A DNA stretch of 64,000 nt. It comes from Verrucomicrobiales bacterium (GTDB lineage Bacteria > Verrucomicrobiota > Verrucomicrobiia > Verrucomicrobiales > V1-33). Where the stretch lies: contig JANOAV010000140.1 of assembly GCA_031411295.1 (NCBI GenBank), positions 65,727-129,726 on the forward strand, in the 5' to 3' direction. Below, in pieces: positions 59,959 through 64,000 of this stretch (within the stretch, counting starts at the first letter, position 1; every line of letters starts with the position of its first letter). Below the pieces are notes generated by a model, which did no database searches, was not told the DNA's origin, and worked only from the letters and a program-made list of their open reading frames with translations. The position numbers were made by a program, and so were the translations under genes.

Positions 59959-62900
59959 GTGAGCAACGGAACCGATTTACGTGTTAGCAAGAGTTTGGAG
60001 TTACTGGACCGCTTGGAAAAAAGTGTGACGGAATTTTCCCGCAAGGAAGAGCAACTCACCGCCGATCAACGCACCCGGCAATATAAAACCAATCGCAAAT
60101 ACAGCCTGACCCTGCAGGAGACTGAGGAACGCCTGGACGAGCGACTCGGCAAACTGGAAGAAGCCGCGATGGAACAGGCGGAACAACTCAAGCAACGCTT
60201 CGCCAACCGCAAACAACGGATTCAGAAAGGCTTGAATGCCGGACTCAGAAATCTGCCCAAGCGTGTCGAGCAGGCCCGTGGTGGATGGTTGGGAAATCTA
60301 CAGCGGCAGAAACTACGCTTGGAAAAGGAAATCGGAGCCGCCAAGCAAGTTGCCAAGCAAGAGTTCACCGAACGCAGCCAGGCGCTCGAGGAATTGAAGG
60401 GGCATTTGGTGGGGTTGGCCAAAGAAGCCCGACACTCGCTCAAAGGGTATGAGTCATTCGTCAATCTGTTGAAGCCCGCCACTGCCAGTGAACCCAAATC
60501 CATGGGGCCCCTCCCGGAACTTTCGGCAGCGGTGGAGGGACGTTTAAATGAGTTCCAGCAACTCTCCATTCCCGGAGCCTTCAGCATGTTGCCACTCTTC
60601 GGCTGGCTTCTCGTCGGCTTGGCCATTGGCTCGGCCGTGGCCTTTTTCGGACGGGACAAATTGGGCGATACCAATGCCCTCGTGGCCGGTGGGGGATTGG
60701 GATTGCTGCTGATCATTGCCACCATCACGCTCTACAAGAAAGGCGGCCAGCAAGGCCGTCCGGCGGCCGAAGCTCTGGCCAAAGCCTTGCTCGATGCCCG
60801 GCAAACCTATGAGGCGGACTGTGCCAGTGCCATGGCCACCCATGAGCAAAAACGGTCTGAGCTGCAGGAGCGCTTGGACCGTGGGATGGCGGAGATCCAG
60901 ACGAAATGGGATCAAACCGATGAGGTGGAAAAGACCTTTGCGGAAACCGCCAAGCGCAAGCTGGACCAACAAGTGCCACGAGCGCTCGCCAAGGCTGACG
61001 TCCTTTTGCTGGCACAAATTCATCGTTTGGAGCAATCGCACCAAGCCACTGTCACCCAGTTGAAGCGGGAGGCTCAGGCCGTGATTGATCGCACGCAGTC
61101 CGCTCAAAATAAGGATCTCTCCGGCGTAACGACGGAGGACAGCAGCGAATGGGAGAGCTTGGAACATGAATGGAAACGCCGCATGATCTCCACCTATCAA
61201 GGTATCGAGGCCATGAATGCGGCCACCGCGGAACGCTACCCGGCATGGTCAGGAGCGCTAGTGCAACAGTGGCAGCCCGTGTCCGAGTTCATGCCAGCAA
61301 CGAAGTTCGGACACTTTCATTTGGACCTCACGCAACCTCCGCACACTGCGCCCAAAGACCCACGATTGGCCCTGCCTGGTTCTGCGGACGTGCAGATTCC
61401 GCTTTGCCTGACGTATCCTCACCAGGGCTCGCTGCTCTTTGAGACTAATGAGGCGGGCGATGGCACCGTGGGGAGCATCTTCAATAACGTTATCCTCCGA
61501 CTGCTGGCCACTACTCCGCCCGGCAAGCTGAGTTTCACCATCGTTGATCCCGTTGGCCTGGGGCAAAATTTTGCCGGGTTGATGCATTTGTCCGATTATG
61601 AGGACAGCCTCATTAACCGACGCATCTGGACCCAGCGGGATCAGATTGAGGATCGGTTGGGAGAACTCAGCGAGCACATTGAGAAAGTCATTCAAATGTA
61701 TCTCCGCAACGAGTATGCCACCATCACTGAATACAATGAGAAGGCGGGTTCCGTGGCGGAGAAATATCATTTCCTCGTCGTGGCGGATTTCCCTTCCGGC
61801 TTCAGCGAAGTCGCCACCCGACGCCTCATGAGCATCGCCACTAGTGGTCCGCGTTGCGGCGTTTACACCCTCATTCATTGGGATCAACGACACCAGTCGC
61901 CTGATGGCTTTGCGGCGGCGGATCTCCGTCAGAACAGCATTCGGGTGCTGCGCCAGGACGGTAAATTTTACCTCCAGGACGACGTGCGCGGCACGGCGGC
62001 CCCGCTGGAATTCGATGCCCCACCGGCCCCGGAACTGGCGCTGGATTTGGTGCATAAGATTGGCAAGAGCAGCATCGATGCCAACCGCGTGCAGGTGCCA
62101 TTTGAGCAGATCGCGCCCATCCCCAGTGAGGAATGGACGAGCGAGACCACCGACGAACTGCGCATCCCCATTGGCCGCACGGGTGCCACCAAATTCCAAA
62201 TCCTGGCCATCGGCAAGGGAACGCGCCAACATGCGCTCTTCGCTGGTAAAACGGGATCTGGTAAATCCACGCTCTTCCATGTTATCATTACTAACCTGGC
62301 GTTGGCCTGCTCGCCAGATCAGGTGGAATTCTACCTCATCGACTTCAAGAAGGGCGTGGAATTCAAGTGCTACGCCACACAGAAACTCCCCCACGCCAAG
62401 GTGGTGGCCATTGAATCAGATCGAGAATTTGCGTTGAGCGTGCTGCAACGCGTGGATCATGAATTGAAGCGTCGGGGCGATCTCTTCCGCAAGCTAGGCT
62501 GTCAGGATGTGGCGGGCTACAAGCGCATGGGGGGAACCGAACCGATGCCGCGTTCGCTCCTGCTGATTGACGAATTCCAAGAATTTTTCGTGGAAGACGA
62601 CGCCATTGCCCAGAGCGCCAGTCTGCTGTTCGACCGCATTGTGCGTCAGGGCCGGGCCTTTGGGATCCACGTTCTGCTGGGCTCCCAAACGCTGGGTGGA
62701 GCCTACTCACTGGCACGCGCCACGCTGGGGCAAATGGTCATCCGCGTCGCCTTGCAGTGTAACGAAGCCGATGCTTACCTCATCATGGATGAAAATAACT
62801 CCGCCCCGCGTCTGCTCTCGCGTCCGGGTGAAGGCATCTACAACGATTCCGCTGGAGCCCTGGAAGGGAACAGTCCGTTCCAAGTCGTCTGGCTCTCGGA

Positions 62901-63837
62901 TGAGGAGCGGGATGCGAAACTACGACACATCCGCGAACTCGCCATCCAGCATCAGCGACCACTGGAAATGCCCATCGTCTTTGAAGGCAACGCTCCGGCG
63001 GATATTACCGAGAACACTCTCCTTGCCACGGTGCTGGCAGGCAAACCGACGCAATCACCCATCGTCGGTAAAGCCTGGCTGGGGGCGCCAAACTCCATCA
63101 AAGGCCCCACCGAAGCCCGCTTCCAGCGCCAGAGCGGCAACCATTTGCTCATCGTCGGTCAACGCGAAGAAGTGGCGCTCAATTTGCTCGGCGTTTCCAT
63201 ACTGGCGCTCGCAGCGCAGTATCCAGCAGGGAAAGTTCAGTTCGTGATCTTCCAGAACAATGCTCCCGGCTCCGAGGACGATCTTTATCTGGAGAAAATT
63301 GCCGGCTCAGTTCCCCACCCAGTCACAATGGCCCGGGGCCAGGATATTGGCGAAGCCATGAGCGCCCTGGCCGCAGATATGAAGGAACGCACCACCAGCG
63401 AAGCCGCCGCCCAAGCTGCTCCCACCACCTTCCTGCTGATTCATGGACTGCACAAATTCAAGAAACTCCGTCAGGAAGATGACTTCAGTTTCTCCATGAG
63501 CGACGACGCGGGCGAGAGCACCGGAGCGCAATTCTCCAGCATCATCACGGAAGGTTCCGGCTTGGGCATCCATATCATCACGACCGTGGACACGTTCAAC
63601 AACGTCAACCGCAGCATGAATCGCAAAGCCCTGAGCGAGTTCGAAATGCGTGTTGTCTTCCAAATGAGCGCCAACGATTCCGCCAGCCTCATCGATACCC
63701 CAAAAGCCAGCACGTTAGGCCTGCACCGGGCCCTCTACTACAACGAGCAAGAAGGCACCCTGGAAACCTTCCGTCCCTACGCCACACCTGATAACCATTG
63801 GCTGGCTGAAGCGAAGGCAAGCTTATTGACACCCTGA
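59959..63837 (+). CDS. Membrane FtsK/SpoIIIE-family ATPase, EccC/EssC-like
   Basis: Coiled coil + two TM helices + coiled coil, then Walker A GKTGSGKST, IDFKKGVEF, Walker B LLIDEFQ, RQGRAFGIHVLLGSQ. Start GTG 59959 (alternative 59908). Confidence 0.88.
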   Translation: MSNGTDLRVSKSLELLDRLEKSVTEFSRKEEQLTADQRTRQYKTNRKYSLTLQETEERLDERLGKLEEAAMEQAEQLKQRFANRKQRIQKGLNAGLRNLPKRVEQARGGWLGNLQRQKLRLEKEIGAAKQVAKQEFTERSQALEELKGHLVGLAKEARHSLKGYESFVNLLKPATASEPKSMGPLPELSAAVEGRLNEFQQLSIPGAFSMLPLFGWLLVGLAIGSAVAFFGRDKLGDTNALVAGGGLGLLLIIATITLYKKGGQQGRPAAEALAKALLDARQTYEADCASAMATHEQKRSELQERLDRGMAEIQTKWDQTDEVEKTFAETAKRKLDQQVPRALAKADVLLLAQIHRLEQSHQATVTQLKREAQAVIDRTQSAQNKDLSGVTTEDSSEWESLEHEWKRRMISTYQGIEAMNAATAERYPAWSGALVQQWQPVSEFMPATKFGHFHLDLTQPPHTAPKDPRLALPGSADVQIPLCLTYPHQGSLLFETNEAGDGTVGSIFNNVILRLLATTPPGKLSFTIVDPVGLGQNFAGLMHLSDYEDSLINRRIWTQRDQIEDRLGELSEHIEKVIQMYLRNEYATITEYNEKAGSVAEKYHFLVVADFPSGFSEVATRRLMSIATSGPRCGVYTLIHWDQRHQSPDGFAAADLRQNSIRVLRQDGKFYLQDDVRGTAAPLEFDAPPAPELALDLVHKIGKSSIDANRVQVPFEQIAPIPSEEWTSETTDELRIPIGRTGATKFQILAIGKGTRQHALFAGKTGSGKSTLFHVIITNLALACSPDQVEFYLIDFKKGVEFKCYATQKLPHAKVVAIESDREFALSVLQRVDHELKRRGDLFRKLGCQDVAGYKRMGGTEPMPRSLLLIDEFQEFFVEDDAIAQSASLLFDRIVRQGRAFGIHVLLGSQTLGGAYSLARATLGQMVIRVALQCNEADAYLIMDENNSAPRLLSRPGEGIYNDSAGALEGNSPFQVVWLSDEERDAKLRHIRELAIQHQRPLEMPIVFEGNAPADITENTLLATVLAGKPTQSPIVGKAWLGAPNSIKGPTEARFQRQSGNHLLIVGQREEVALNLLGVSILALAAQYPAGKVQFVIFQNNAPGSEDDLYLEKIAGSVPHPVTMARGQDIGEAMSALAADMKERTTSEAAAQAAPTTFLLIHGLHKFKKLRQEDDFSFSMSDDAGESTGAQFSSIITEGSGLGIHIITTVDTFNNVNRSMNRKALSEFEMRVVFQMSANDSASLIDTPKASTLGLHRALYYNEQEGTLETFRPYATPDNHWLAEAKASLLTP

Positions 63838-63852
63838 AGTTCCAATGACGAT

Positions 63853-63890
63853 TTGAACAGAAGATAGGAAGTTTTGGAAGAAATACCTCA
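63853..63890. repeat. Dispersed single arm of the 130-bp array repeat family
   Basis: ttgaacagaagataggaagttttggaagaaatacctca is nearly the reverse complement of tgaggtatttcttccaaaccttcctaacttctgttcaa in the array. Confidence 0.8.
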
Positions 63891-64000
63891 GGGCGGATTC
63901 TTGCACAGGCCGTTTTACAAGGAGTGGGGCTTTTTAATCCCCACCAACAATACAGGACAAAAAAATAAGCAAGGCAATAACAAGGCTTGTGTGGGGGGCT

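Overview
Bacterial chromosomal DNA of moderately high GC, most likely Verrucomicrobiota (PVC superphylum). The assignment rests on a PEP-CTERM protein, an ECF sigma/Ser-Thr kinase module, a DUF1588-like/DUF1501 pair and PVC-type REP elements. Housekeeping genes include galK with a divergent XylR-type regulator, opcA, wzc/wza, lsrF, cdaA, tex, ftsB and eno. Accessory content: (i) two orphan Rhs toxin/immunity modules, one ending in an NlpC/P60-like peptidoglycan hydrolase; (ii) a fragmented REP-associated tyrosine transposase around a Uma2 gene; (iii) an ABC-ATPase/TOPRIM-like pair; (iv) an exported protein/kinase/ECF sigma module in which the kinase ectodomain is a paralog of the exported protein; (v) a defence-like cluster of SNF2 helicase, Rpn nuclease, kinase-TIR fusion and MmeI-like R-M enzyme, followed by a ~130-bp palindromic tandem array; (vi) a minimal type VII secretion-like locus (WXG100, two helical partners, membrane FtsK/EccC-like ATPase) in a diderm. 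I recognised no rRNA, tRNA or CRISPR array. All family calls come from motif recognition by eye, not database searches.
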